Shown piece after piece: positions 16,789-26,265 of a stretch of 32,000 nt of DNA. The stretch is from Candidatus Scalindua sp. GTDB lineage: Bacteria; Planctomycetota; Brocadiia; Brocadiales; Scalinduaceae. The stretch's first letter is position 1. The number at the start of each line of letters is the position of its first letter. The notes under the pieces are model-generated. The model saw nothing but the letters and a program-made list of their open reading frames with translations. It made no database searches and was not told the origin of the DNA. The position numbers were made by a program, and so were the translations under genes. The stretch is taken from assembly GCA_031316235.1 (NCBI GenBank), contig JALDRA010000001.1:3780001-3812000 (forward strand), given 5' to 3'.

Positions 16789-16796
16789 GGCGGTAG
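16789..16796 (+). promoter_or_regulatory. exact ops core GGCGGTAG (candidate RfaH/NusG-paralog recruitment site)
   Basis: aaaagGGCGGTAGaaatttg lies on the sense (non-template) strand, 61 nt upstream of GTG 16857, inside a ~490-nt untranslated gap that heads the downstream gene block. Confidence 0.4.
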
Positions 16797-16856
16797 AAAT
16801 TTGTACTAAAATCTGCCTCTGCACCTTTACCACAAAATGTTAAAGGAGGAAAATGA

Positions 16857-17861
16857 GTGAAGATTCTAAATCTATATTGGCATAGTGTCGAGCCAGATTC
16901 TATTAATCCGTTATATCTTGATGATCTGAATCCAACGGCCTCTCTGTTCAGGGAGCATATTAAATACATCGCTGATAACTATAATCCTATATCTATATCT
17001 GAGTACATGGAAATTACAAGTGACAAAAGCTTGATTCGCTCCTATACAAAACCTCCCGTAGTAATAGGATTTGATGACGGATTCAAAAATGTAATTAAAT
17101 ATGCACTTCCTGTATTAAATGAATATCAGGTACCTGCTGTGTTCTTTGTTGTTGGTGAAATCCTAAGGAATCCCGACTTTGTTCCCTGGTTTGTAGAAAT
17201 GTTTCATTTAATGCGCAAGGCAGAGAGAAAATCGATTGTTTTTGATAATGTCCAGATTGATTTAACTTCAAAACAGAGTTGTCGTTTACTGAGGCGTATG
17301 GTTATAAATTCCATTAAAGGATGTACATTGGAGGAAGATCGACAAAGATTACTGACTAATCTTGCAGGCTTGGTAGGTGTTGAACGACCCAGGGCTTCTG
17401 ATCTGGAGGAATGTCTTGGTTTTGTTAGTAAGGAGGATTTATCTAATATCGGTTCTGATTCTCTCTTGACGATAGCATCTCATGGGATGACTCATCGCCA
17501 TCTTGAAAGTTTAACATATGATGAACAGGTCTATGAATTGGAGCAAAGTGATTTGTTATTAAAAGAGCATTGTCCATCCTACTATCCTGTAATTTCGTAT
17601 CCTGATGGTTCTTTTAATTCTGATACTATTGAAATCGCAAAGGGTGTATATAGGTCGGGCTTTGCCACTAGCAAGAATACTTCATATGCTAACTTGTATA
17701 CATATCCCCGAATTTGTATTGGATATACTACGGTTCAAGATTTAGTGTATGCCACATGTTTTACATTCTCGAAAGCATTGCTTCATCCATCTCGTAAAAC
17801 AAGTTTTATACGAATGAACTTTTTGCTACCCTTAAAACGGTTTTTCCATCCGAATTATTAA
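16857..17861 (+). CDS. polysaccharide deacetylase (CE4 / NodB-homology)
   Basis: VVIGFDDGFKN is the TFDDG motif. ASHGMTHRHL is the H(S/T)xxH metal motif. The GTG start follows an AAGGAGG RBS at 7-nt spacing. Confidence 0.8.
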   Translation: MKILNLYWHSVEPDSINPLYLDDLNPTASLFREHIKYIADNYNPISISEYMEITSDKSLIRSYTKPPVVIGFDDGFKNVIKYALPVLNEYQVPAVFFVVGEILRNPDFVPWFVEMFHLMRKAERKSIVFDNVQIDLTSKQSCRLLRRMVINSIKGCTLEEDRQRLLTNLAGLVGVERPRASDLEECLGFVSKEDLSNIGSDSLLTIASHGMTHRHLESLTYDEQVYELEQSDLLLKEHCPSYYPVISYPDGSFNSDTIEIAKGVYRSGFATSKNTSYANLYTYPRICIGYTTVQDLVYATCFTFSKALLHPSRKTSFIRMNFLLPLKRFFHPNY

Positions 17862-17907
17862 TGTGCAGTACCAAATAATCTGAAATTTAAAATGGTCTGG
17901 TTTCGAA

Positions 17908-19272
17908 ATGATAACAACTACTAAGAGATTAACAAAGAGAGTCAATTTCAACAGTAACATTATGTGGCTGGCGATTATATTATTTACTGCTGTGATCACT
18001 GGAATAGCTCTGTGTGATGAAAAGTGGATATATTTTGGACTGATACTAAGCCCCTTTATAATTTATGTTTGCATAGAAAAACCGTATATTTTTCCTTTTG
18101 GATTATATGCATTTTTACTTCCCTTTGGTGAAGTTCTATCAGTGGAAGGATTTGAGAGCGGGGCAACGTTGACTAAATTCATTGGGGCTCTGACAATTCC
18201 GGTCTTGTGCTTTAAAGGGGCTTTTGAAAAAAGATTGAACAAGCCGGATATTGCGTCAATTTGGTGGGTTTTATTCATTACATATGGTATTTGTACTGTA
18301 TGGTGGGCGGTTGAACCTGAGGCAACGCTGTCCAGAATTTCAACAGCTATGGGCTTGATAATTGTTTATTTAGTAGTTGCAAGTTATAAATTTCAAAAAA
18401 GTGAGTATGAAACAATTAAATTGTTTATGGTCGCTGGAGGATTTCTTTCTGCATTATTTGCAATCTATAACTTTGGAACCATTCAAAACTTTTCGAGAGT
18501 TAACCTGTTACATTCTGAGACAGGAAGAACGGGAGCAAGTGACTATGCATTTTCTATTGCCATTCCTATCTCCATTTGTGTTGGAATGGTAATGAAGCAA
18601 AACAGTAAAATGATTAAAGGCTTGTTTGGTTTTGCATTGGTTGCAATGATTTTTACGGTTCTGATCTCAGGCTCACGTGGTGGAATGGTTGGAGTGTCGA
18701 CTATCTTTATAGTATATATCCTTTCTTCGAAGAAAAAAATAACCACTGGTATCGTGTTAATTATAATTGGGATTATACTGATACCATTTATCCCGGACTT
18801 TGTTTATGAGAGATGGGGAGCTGCAACCGAAACTGGTGGTGCCGGAAGGCTTGATATTTGGTATGTGGGGTTAAGGGTTCTGAAGAAATATTGGTTGTTT
18901 GGAACTGGGCTTGACAATTTTTATTATGCCTATGAAGAGTTTGCTCATTATGCTCCCACTTTCAAAGGAATGAACCGTAGTGCACACAATATATTCTTAA
19001 AGTATTTTGCTGAACTTGGGATTATTGGGTTTACCTTGTTTCTTTTGGCAATAATGAAACACTATAAAGTAATTAAAACACGATCTTCTCAGTATGATAT
19101 TGAGGCAATTATGCTTAAAGCAGCTTTTTGGGGAATGATAGTGTCCAGTTTATTCATTGATTCTTCCTGGAGAAAATCTTTCTGGCTGCTTTGGATGATA
19201 ATAATGATACGCAGGAATACTTTGAGTGAAGAAGAGATTTATGAAACAAAAAGTAACTCTATTTTAAGGTAA
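17908..19272 (+). CDS. O-antigen ligase / polymerase-like membrane protein (Wzy_C domain)
   Basis: About 10-12 TM segments. Has ISGSRGGMVG and the periplasmic-loop motif SAHNIFLKYFAELGIIG (HN..L....E.G..G), both typical of the WaaL/Wzy_C family. Confidence 0.75.
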   Translation: MITTTKRLTKRVNFNSNIMWLAIILFTAVITGIALCDEKWIYFGLILSPFIIYVCIEKPYIFPFGLYAFLLPFGEVLSVEGFESGATLTKFIGALTIPVLCFKGAFEKRLNKPDIASIWWVLFITYGICTVWWAVEPEATLSRISTAMGLIIVYLVVASYKFQKSEYETIKLFMVAGGFLSALFAIYNFGTIQNFSRVNLLHSETGRTGASDYAFSIAIPISICVGMVMKQNSKMIKGLFGFALVAMIFTVLISGSRGGMVGVSTIFIVYILSSKKKITTGIVLIIIGIILIPFIPDFVYERWGAATETGGAGRLDIWYVGLRVLKKYWLFGTGLDNFYYAYEEFAHYAPTFKGMNRSAHNIFLKYFAELGIIGFTLFLLAIMKHYKVIKTRSSQYDIEAIMLKAAFWGMIVSSLFIDSSWRKSFWLLWMIIMIRRNTLSEEEIYETKSNSILR

Positions 19273-19381
19273 GTATGTCATGAACCGAAAAACTTTTTGT
19301 TTTCTCTTTGTAACCTTAAACAAGCATAAAGTAACTATCAAAACATTTTTTTATTATATTAATTTTTCAATGAGGTAATGA

Positions 19382-21205
19382 ATGCCTGGTTTAAGCTTTC
19401 TATGTGATTTCAGGGGGGATTTGACACAAAATGAATCTATGATTTCGAAGGCATTAGATTCAATGCTTCATTATGGACATTATAAAAAAAATCTTCTTTT
19501 AAAAGAGAGAGAATTCATCTTAGCATCTACTTTTTATGAAGAATATCCCATTAAAGCATTTGAAAGTGAAGAATTCTTAATATACCTTGAAGGTAAGATT
19601 TATGATATGAGTGAATCTTTGTTAGAAGGTTATTTATATACTTTAGCAAGAAATGTATTCCAATGTCAGGATAAATCAAATGAGCAAATCAGAGATTGGT
19701 TATTAAAAACCGATGGAGATTTCGTTGTTTTTATTTTACATAAGAGTTCTAATGAAGTTGCTATTGTTAACGATGCTTTAGGTCATTTGCCTTTGTACTG
19801 CTACAAAACTGATGATAAGTTGATACTTTCCAGAGAAATACGGTTTATTTCAAAATTAATTAATAAAGCAACGTTTGACCGGATGGCAATTGCTCAATAT
19901 TTATTATTTAGTTTTACGCTCGGGAAAAGGACATTATTGGAAAATGTTTTTCGTGTAGAACCATCAACTCTTGTAAAAATTAATTTTAGAAATTCAAAGA
20001 TTGAAATCATTAATATACATAGGTTTAATTTTGAGAAAAAAAAATATTGGAAAAGAAAAATTAAGGAAAATGTTAATCAGTTAGCAGTTATATTTGATGA
20101 AGCTTGTAAAAACAGAACAAAGTTAGAAGGTTATAAAGATGTCCTTTCTTTAAGTGGCGGTTTGGATTCAAGGGCAGTTGGGGCGTCTTTAAAAGAAAAT
20201 AACCTTCTGCTTTACGGTGCTACATATCTGGATTTAGAAAATATTCATAAAAAAGATGCAGAAGTTGCTGAACAAATTGCAAAGGAATTAAACATTGATT
20301 GGACTTTGTTCAGGATAAACCCTCCTGAAGGTAAAGACTGTTTGCGATTATTAAAAATTAAAAATGGATTGAATTTTCTTTCGATGAGCTATATTCTGCC
20401 TTTTCTGGAAGATATAAAAGAAAAATACGGTTCAAACGTAAACCTCTTCACCGGGGACGGTGGAGATAGAACAATCACCTGCATGATACCTTATAATAAA
20501 TTGAAAAGCCCAAAAGATTTACTGAATTATATTGTATCAACCAATCAAATTTTTACGTTAGATGTTGTGTCAAATATTACAAGGATACAAAAAAGTGAAA
20601 TAATTGATAACATTATAAGCCATGTATTATCTTATCCAGAAAAAGATTTTAATCAGAAATATGTTCATTTTATGATTTATGAAAATGCTATTAATTGGGT
20701 CGGTGAAGGTGCGGACAGAAATAGATTTTATTTCTGGACGTCAGCTCCATTATGGTCTATTCACTTTTTTAACTATGCGATGAATTGTCCTGACAGACAA
20801 AAACTCTATTACAACCTTTATAGAAAATTTCTGTATAAATTGTCTCCGAAAGTGGCTGCTATTGAATATCCAAATTGGAATGCACCTGCAATGTCAAAAA
20901 GACTGATAGTTAAGCTTTTTATAATATCTAAATTACCTCGGAAATTTAAGGAAGTGACCAAGAAATGGTTAGCAACAAATGCGAGTACATATGCAAATGA
21001 CGCAAGTATTATGAAATGCTTGAATGACCAGCTTAATAGTTGTGATTATTTTTCTGAATATTTAGATAGTTCAAAAATCAGAAGCAATGCTGTTAATTAT
21101 AATAAAAGACAAATTGAAACATTGTTTACTATTACATCCTATATAGAAGAATGTAAAAGTAATAAAAGTACCATAGAAAAATATAGCAGAGCTGAATTTA
21201 TATAA
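19382..21205 (+). CDS. asparagine synthase (AsnB)-family amidotransferase/amidoligase, N-terminal nucleophile absent
   Basis: PP-loop LSLSGGLDSR (SGGxDS) sits in the middle of a 607-aa protein with an AsnB-like layout. The N-terminus is MPGLSF..., not MCG. Confidence 0.8.
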   Translation: MPGLSFLCDFRGDLTQNESMISKALDSMLHYGHYKKNLLLKEREFILASTFYEEYPIKAFESEEFLIYLEGKIYDMSESLLEGYLYTLARNVFQCQDKSNEQIRDWLLKTDGDFVVFILHKSSNEVAIVNDALGHLPLYCYKTDDKLILSREIRFISKLINKATFDRMAIAQYLLFSFTLGKRTLLENVFRVEPSTLVKINFRNSKIEIINIHRFNFEKKKYWKRKIKENVNQLAVIFDEACKNRTKLEGYKDVLSLSGGLDSRAVGASLKENNLLLYGATYLDLENIHKKDAEVAEQIAKELNIDWTLFRINPPEGKDCLRLLKIKNGLNFLSMSYILPFLEDIKEKYGSNVNLFTGDGGDRTITCMIPYNKLKSPKDLLNYIVSTNQIFTLDVVSNITRIQKSEIIDNIISHVLSYPEKDFNQKYVHFMIYENAINWVGEGADRNRFYFWTSAPLWSIHFFNYAMNCPDRQKLYYNLYRKFLYKLSPKVAAIEYPNWNAPAMSKRLIVKLFIISKLPRKFKEVTKKWLATNASTYANDASIMKCLNDQLNSCDYFSEYLDSSKIRSNAVNYNKRQIETLFTITSYIEECKSNKSTIEKYSRAEFI

Positions 21206-21260
21206 GATCACCTCTTTTTAATTAAACACTGACATCTTAACGTAAATCATTCTGAATAAT

Positions 21261-22508
21261 TTGAAAGTTGATAGTACTGTACAGAAATATATAGAGTTCG
21301 ATAAAGTGAATTTGATAGTTCTTTCTCATATTTTTCCGAGAAAAAGTGCACCAACCTATGGTACCTTTGTTGAAGAACAAGTTCAGGCGTTAAAAAAGAA
21401 AGTAAGAGGAGAGATAACGGTTATTTCACCCATTCCCTGGTCACCCAGATTCTTATGGTTCAGAAAGAAATGGAGAGAATATGGCCAAGTAGAAAAGGAA
21501 TCAGTTAGAATGGGAATAAATGTGCGTTACAAACGATATGTTTTAATACCTGGGAAGTTTTTCTTGCCTATCGAAGGATTCTTAATGTATCTGTCAGTCA
21601 GGTCTCTCATAAAAACACTTATAAAAGCAAATAAAAGCAGAATTATACTGCATGCTCATACAGTGTTACCTGATGGCCTTGCAGCCATTTTTCTTAAAAA
21701 AAAATTCGGTATCAAGATAGTATGTACCGCTCACGGCAGTGATATCAACTTGTATCCATTTAGAACGAAATTTATCTATGTAATGACAAAGTATGTACTG
21801 AGAAGGGCAGATGCACTTGTTGGAGTAAGTGAGAAACTGCAAGAAAAGATCAGGGATATTTCTCAGAGAGATGATGTTAAAGTTGTAACAAACGGGGTAA
21901 ACCCCGAAAAAATTACAGGGAATAATATCAGGCTGAATACCCGTAATTTGAAGAATGATACCTTATCTATTCTATTCGTCGGAAAACTTTGCTTCGAAAA
22001 GGGGATTAAGGAACTATTAAATACCTTTAAATTATTAAGTAAAGAGCATAAGCATTTGCACCTTATCATGGTTGGAAAGAATACTATTCCTAAATGGATT
22101 GAATCCTTTATTAAGGAAAATCAAATGTACGATTCAATTACATTAACAGGGCCTGTAGATCATGAGGATCTGAAAAAATACTATTCAAGTGCATCAATAT
22201 TTGTACTTCCATCACACATTGAGGGTATGCCCACTGTTATGTTCGAGGCAATGGCTAACAGGCTTCCAATCATAATCAGTCGAGTCGGAGGTGTTGAAGA
22301 GGTTATCAAAGAAGGTATTAATGGACTGCTGGTTGAGCCGCGCTCAGAAGAAGAGTTACACCGGAAACTAAATCTGGTGATAAAAGAAAAATCCTTAAGA
22401 GACGCTATCGGAATGAAGGCTTATGATGAAGTATTATCAAAATATACCTGGGATCATAATGCGGACAAAATGAGTTTTATTTATAAAGATGTCCTGCAAA
22501 TCAACTAG
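21261..22508 (+). CDS. glycosyltransferase family 4
   Basis: EGMPTVMFEAMANRLPIIISRVGGVEEVIKEGINGLLV E-x7-E motif, with the GT4 N-domain pattern (HAHTVLPDG, GSD). The start is uncertain: TTG 21261 or GTG 21306. Confidence 0.85.
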   Translation: MKVDSTVQKYIEFDKVNLIVLSHIFPRKSAPTYGTFVEEQVQALKKKVRGEITVISPIPWSPRFLWFRKKWREYGQVEKESVRMGINVRYKRYVLIPGKFFLPIEGFLMYLSVRSLIKTLIKANKSRIILHAHTVLPDGLAAIFLKKKFGIKIVCTAHGSDINLYPFRTKFIYVMTKYVLRRADALVGVSEKLQEKIRDISQRDDVKVVTNGVNPEKITGNNIRLNTRNLKNDTLSILFVGKLCFEKGIKELLNTFKLLSKEHKHLHLIMVGKNTIPKWIESFIKENQMYDSITLTGPVDHEDLKKYYSSASIFVLPSHIEGMPTVMFEAMANRLPIIISRVGGVEEVIKEGINGLLVEPRSEEELHRKLNLVIKEKSLRDAIGMKAYDEVLSKYTWDHNADKMSFIYKDVLQIN

Positions 22509-22661
22509 TAATTAAGATACGTATTCAGCATCTGTCGAATCCTTTTTAATGAGTCAGTGCCGTTATCTATGTTCCTGTATTATCAATGCTAATAATCAAA
22601 CAAAAGAGTTTATATTAGGAATTGATCAAAATTTTGCAAAAATGATTATTGTATATAGAGT

Positions 22662-23762
22662 ATGATCAAAGTCTGCCACATCACTACTGTTCACAAACCT
22701 TTTGATGAGCGGATCTTCCACAAGGAGTGTAAGACGCTTGTGAATGCAGGTTTTGAGGTTTCCCTTATTGCTAAACATTATAAAGATGATATGGTTGACG
22801 GGATTAGAATTATTGCACTTCCTGAATCTAAGAACCGTATTGATCGTATGTTCACCATAACTTTCAAAGCCTTCCTGCTTGCCTTAAAGGAAAAAGCTGA
22901 TATTTACCATTTTCATGATCCAGAACTTTTACTTATAGGGGTATTATTGAAATTATTTACCGGTAAAAAGATAATCTACGACGTACATGAAGATTATCAG
23001 CAAAAAATACTATCAAAAAGATGGATTAAGGAAACACTAAGAAAGCCTCTTGCATATTCTTTTAGAATTATAGAGAAACTTTCAAGCAGTTTTTTTGACT
23101 ATGTATTTACTGCAGACTCTTATACTAAGTTGAAATTTGACGACAAAAAATCTAAGGTTATCGCTAATTATCCTCCTTTAAGGTTTATAAATGGTTTGAA
23201 GAAAAACAAACAAGACAGTACGTTTGAACTGATATATGTAGGGAGTATTTCTGAAGACAGGGGAGGCTATGTAATGATAGAAGCAATGAAATACTTACAA
23301 CATACAGATATTGAGTTACACATACTTGGAAATTGTGATGATCAGGAGTTGATTGATCTTTTTTCTAAAATTCCAAATGTTAAATATCATGGTTGCTTAC
23401 CATGGGAAGAGGTAAGTACCTATCTTATCAATGCTGATGTTGGACTTGTATTATTCCAACCTGTTCCTGGTTTTCTTTATTATCCGGGAGAGAATATTAT
23501 AAAATTGTTTGAATATATGAGTGCTGGATTAGCGGTAATAATTTCAGATTTCCCAAAACTAAAAAAACTTATAAATGACATTGGTTGTGGGATTTCTGTA
23601 GATCCTGAAAATCCTAGAAAAATTGCAGAATCCATTGAATATTTGTATAAAAACCCAGATATTAAAACAGAAATGAGTGAAAAGGGGAAAAATGCGTTTC
23701 TGGAAAAATATAACTGGGACAATGAGAGTGATAAGGTGGTCAATGTATATCGAGCGATATAA
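22662..23762 (+). CDS. glycosyltransferase family 4
   Basis: The N-terminus MIKVCHITTVHKPFDERIFHKECKTL is characteristic of a GT4 subgroup. The C-terminal GT-B region reads KLFEYMSAGLAVIISDFP. Confidence 0.8.
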   Translation: MIKVCHITTVHKPFDERIFHKECKTLVNAGFEVSLIAKHYKDDMVDGIRIIALPESKNRIDRMFTITFKAFLLALKEKADIYHFHDPELLLIGVLLKLFTGKKIIYDVHEDYQQKILSKRWIKETLRKPLAYSFRIIEKLSSSFFDYVFTADSYTKLKFDDKKSKVIANYPPLRFINGLKKNKQDSTFELIYVGSISEDRGGYVMIEAMKYLQHTDIELHILGNCDDQELIDLFSKIPNVKYHGCLPWEEVSTYLINADVGLVLFQPVPGFLYYPGENIIKLFEYMSAGLAVIISDFPKLKKLINDIGCGISVDPENPRKIAESIEYLYKNPDIKTEMSEKGKNAFLEKYNWDNESDKVVNVYRAI

Positions 23763-24728
23763 ATGATAATTAAGCCATTAGAACAATATGATAGAGAGTT
23801 ATATGCTGAATGTGCAAAAGAATATGGCACTGTTTTCAATTCACTGGATTGGTTATTAATATTTGGTGATAAAGTACAAATTTACGGGATTTATAATAAA
23901 GGAGGAGAATTAACAGGAGGGTTTCATTTATATAAAGAGAAAAAGTTAGGTTTTTCTCTTTATTGTGATCCTCCGTTTACACCAACAATTGGTCCTTTTT
24001 TAAAGGTTGAATCAACAAATCCGGTGAGCATTATGGATACGTGGAAAAAACTGTTATCGTCACTTAGTGATTTTATTGAAAGTATGCCTTATTTAATAAT
24101 CTCACTTTCTCTAGACAGGAGAATTGTAGATACGCAGCCTTTTATCTGGAAGAAGTTTAAGGTTATTCCGGGGTACACATATCTAGTAAATCTCTCTCTA
24201 TCTGTTGATGAAATTTGGAGTAAAATGTCTAGCGAAAGAAGAAAAAATATTAATAAGGGATTAAAAGATGGATTGGTAACGACAAAACTTGATAACTTCG
24301 AGATAATTAAATCGCTTGTTGTTAAGTCTTTTACAAGGCAGAGGATGATAGTCAGTGAATCTTATTTAGACAAAATCCTTTTTAAATTTTCTAATAATTG
24401 CAATAGCTTTGCATTTGTCACATCCAAAAATGGGAATCCAATCGGGGGGACATTTTGTGTGTACGATAATAATAGAGCCTATTACCTTCTCGGAGGTTAT
24501 GATTCTGACAAAAAACATCATGGTGCAGGGACATTATCTATGTGGGAATCTATAAAGTATGCTAGAAATTTAGGGTTAAAATATTTTGATTTTGAAGGGT
24601 CGATGATTCCTCAGATAGAAAAATATTTAAGAGGTTTTGGTGGCGAATTATCACCATTTTTTAGAATAAACAAGGCTATTATACCCATAGAAATAATTTT
24701 GAAATTTTACAAAAGGCAGCTTTTTTAA
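23763..24728 (+). CDS. FemAB-like / BioF2-like GNAT-fold acyltransferase
   Basis: YYLLGGYDSDKKHHGAGTLSMWESIKYARNLGLKYFDFEG matches the C-terminal signature of FemAB-related proteins found in EPS loci. The start codon abuts the preceding stop (TAA ATG). Confidence 0.65.
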   Translation: MIIKPLEQYDRELYAECAKEYGTVFNSLDWLLIFGDKVQIYGIYNKGGELTGGFHLYKEKKLGFSLYCDPPFTPTIGPFLKVESTNPVSIMDTWKKLLSSLSDFIESMPYLIISLSLDRRIVDTQPFIWKKFKVIPGYTYLVNLSLSVDEIWSKMSSERRKNINKGLKDGLVTTKLDNFEIIKSLVVKSFTRQRMIVSESYLDKILFKFSNNCNSFAFVTSKNGNPIGGTFCVYDNNRAYYLLGGYDSDKKHHGAGTLSMWESIKYARNLGLKYFDFEGSMIPQIEKYLRGFGGELSPFFRINKAIIPIEIILKFYKRQLF

Positions 24729-24743
24729 TAGAAGAAAGACATT

Positions 24744-25472
24744 ATGAATTTAACACAATTACTAAAGGATGTGATTAAAAGGAAGTCAATAGATATTGCC
24801 AGAAGGTCGGAAAGATTAATGACACCAATGGATATGGCAATTCTGACTTTGCAGGCATATAATCATTTTCCTAGTACCTTGATCGCTTTAGAGGTTTTTG
24901 GTATGCATGGTTTATGGCTTACCAGTGACTACGCTCATCTTTGCAATTATTTGGAATTGTGGGAAGTTAACCCTAAGTATGCTAAATACGCAGGGAAGTT
25001 TTTACCAAATGCTAACGTTAAAGTTGGAGATAGTATCAATGCAATAAAAACATCTCAATTACTTCGAAATGATTATAACTTCATAGTTATTGACAATCCA
25101 ATATCAGGGTTCTACGGATCAAAGAAATATTGTGAACATTTTGATATTTTTCCTTCATTGATTGATAGTGTTGCTGGTAAAGCTGTTATTATAATGAATT
25201 TAGTAATAGATATGGAAGGAGTTATAAAAAGATATCCAGTTCCTCTAAATGATTGGCTTGTCAGAAGAAAAGAGTTTTACAGCTTAAGAAACGATAACGA
25301 TGTGAAAAAGCTTGAAATTAATAACGCAATAAATATTTATCGTGATAAATTTATTGGCTGGAAGGTTACGGTAGAGGAAACATTTTTTATTCCGAGAAAT
25401 AAGATTGTAGGTTTCCTGGTTTTAGTGATTAATAAAGATAAAGTTAAAGATGAAGATAGTAATTTCTCATGA
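24744..25472 (+). CDS. hypothetical protein, Rossmann methyltransferase-fold-like with degenerate motifs
   Basis: The ordered pattern is ALEVFGMHG (motif I-like), LELWEVNPKYAKYA (acidic beta2 end), VKVGDS, FIVIDNP ((D/N)PP(Y/F)-like position). It resembles RsmD/amino-methyltransferases, but none of the motifs is canonical. Confidence 0.45.
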   Translation: MNLTQLLKDVIKRKSIDIARRSERLMTPMDMAILTLQAYNHFPSTLIALEVFGMHGLWLTSDYAHLCNYLELWEVNPKYAKYAGKFLPNANVKVGDSINAIKTSQLLRNDYNFIVIDNPISGFYGSKKYCEHFDIFPSLIDSVAGKAVIIMNLVIDMEGVIKRYPVPLNDWLVRRKEFYSLRNDNDVKKLEINNAINIYRDKFIGWKVTVEETFFIPRNKIVGFLVLVINKDKVKDEDSNFS

Positions 25473-26265
25473 TGTCGATCACATTACTTTTTCGGAGCAT
25501 AATAAGGATTTAATAGTTCCGAAGCATATTGTGCGTGGATTTATTGAGCTTGGATTTGGATACATATCAATATCGGAGACTGTCGGCAGGATTAAAAGTA
25601 TCGTGCAAAATAAATGGCAAAATCTTGAAAAACTTATGCAATTTGACAGAGAAAGCAGTGTTCATTCAACTTATTTTTTCGGTGTTTCAAAAGGGAAAGG
25701 GCTAACCTATAGTAAAGAAGATGCAAGATTCTGGATAAGAAAGACATTACAGGAAGGTTTTGATGTTGGAGTACACGGAATTGCTTTCGACAATTATGAT
25801 GACATAAAAGATGAGTATGAAACATTCAGAAAGTTGTCAGGTATTGAAAAATTTGGAATAAGAATGCATTATTTAAGGAATACCAATAACACGTTGCCTT
25901 TTTTGAACAAAGCTGGTTATGTTTTTGACACAACGTTATACAAATTTGAAGATCCTTTTAACGTTGGAGAACTTTGGGAATTTCCTTTGCATATTATGGA
26001 TTGCTCGATTATTTGTAAAAATTCTCCATGGCAAAATCAAAATTTAGAACAAGCTAAAGAGGCAACAAAAAGAGTAATAGAAAACTGTTTTAATATGAGT
26101 TTAAAATATTTTACAATTTTATTTCATGATAATTATTTTTGTAATAGTTTTAATACATGGAAAATGTGGTATATATGGCTTATTGAATATTTAAAACAGA
26201 ACAAGTTTGTTTTTATTAATTATCATGAAGCTATCAGGGAATTAGGTGGGGATAATGTCGGATAA
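25450..26265 (+). CDS. hypothetical protein, possibly divergent CE4-like deacetylase
   Basis: MKIVISHDVDHI (DxD at the first strand, as in some CE4/ArnD-like enzymes), VGVHG, RMHYL. Overlaps the upstream gene by 23 nt. The functional call is weak. Confidence 0.45.
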   Translation: MKIVISHDVDHITFSEHNKDLIVPKHIVRGFIELGFGYISISETVGRIKSIVQNKWQNLEKLMQFDRESSVHSTYFFGVSKGKGLTYSKEDARFWIRKTLQEGFDVGVHGIAFDNYDDIKDEYETFRKLSGIEKFGIRMHYLRNTNNTLPFLNKAGYVFDTTLYKFEDPFNVGELWEFPLHIMDCSIICKNSPWQNQNLEQAKEATKRVIENCFNMSLKYFTILFHDNYFCNSFNTWKMWYIWLIEYLKQNKFVFINYHEAIRELGGDNVG

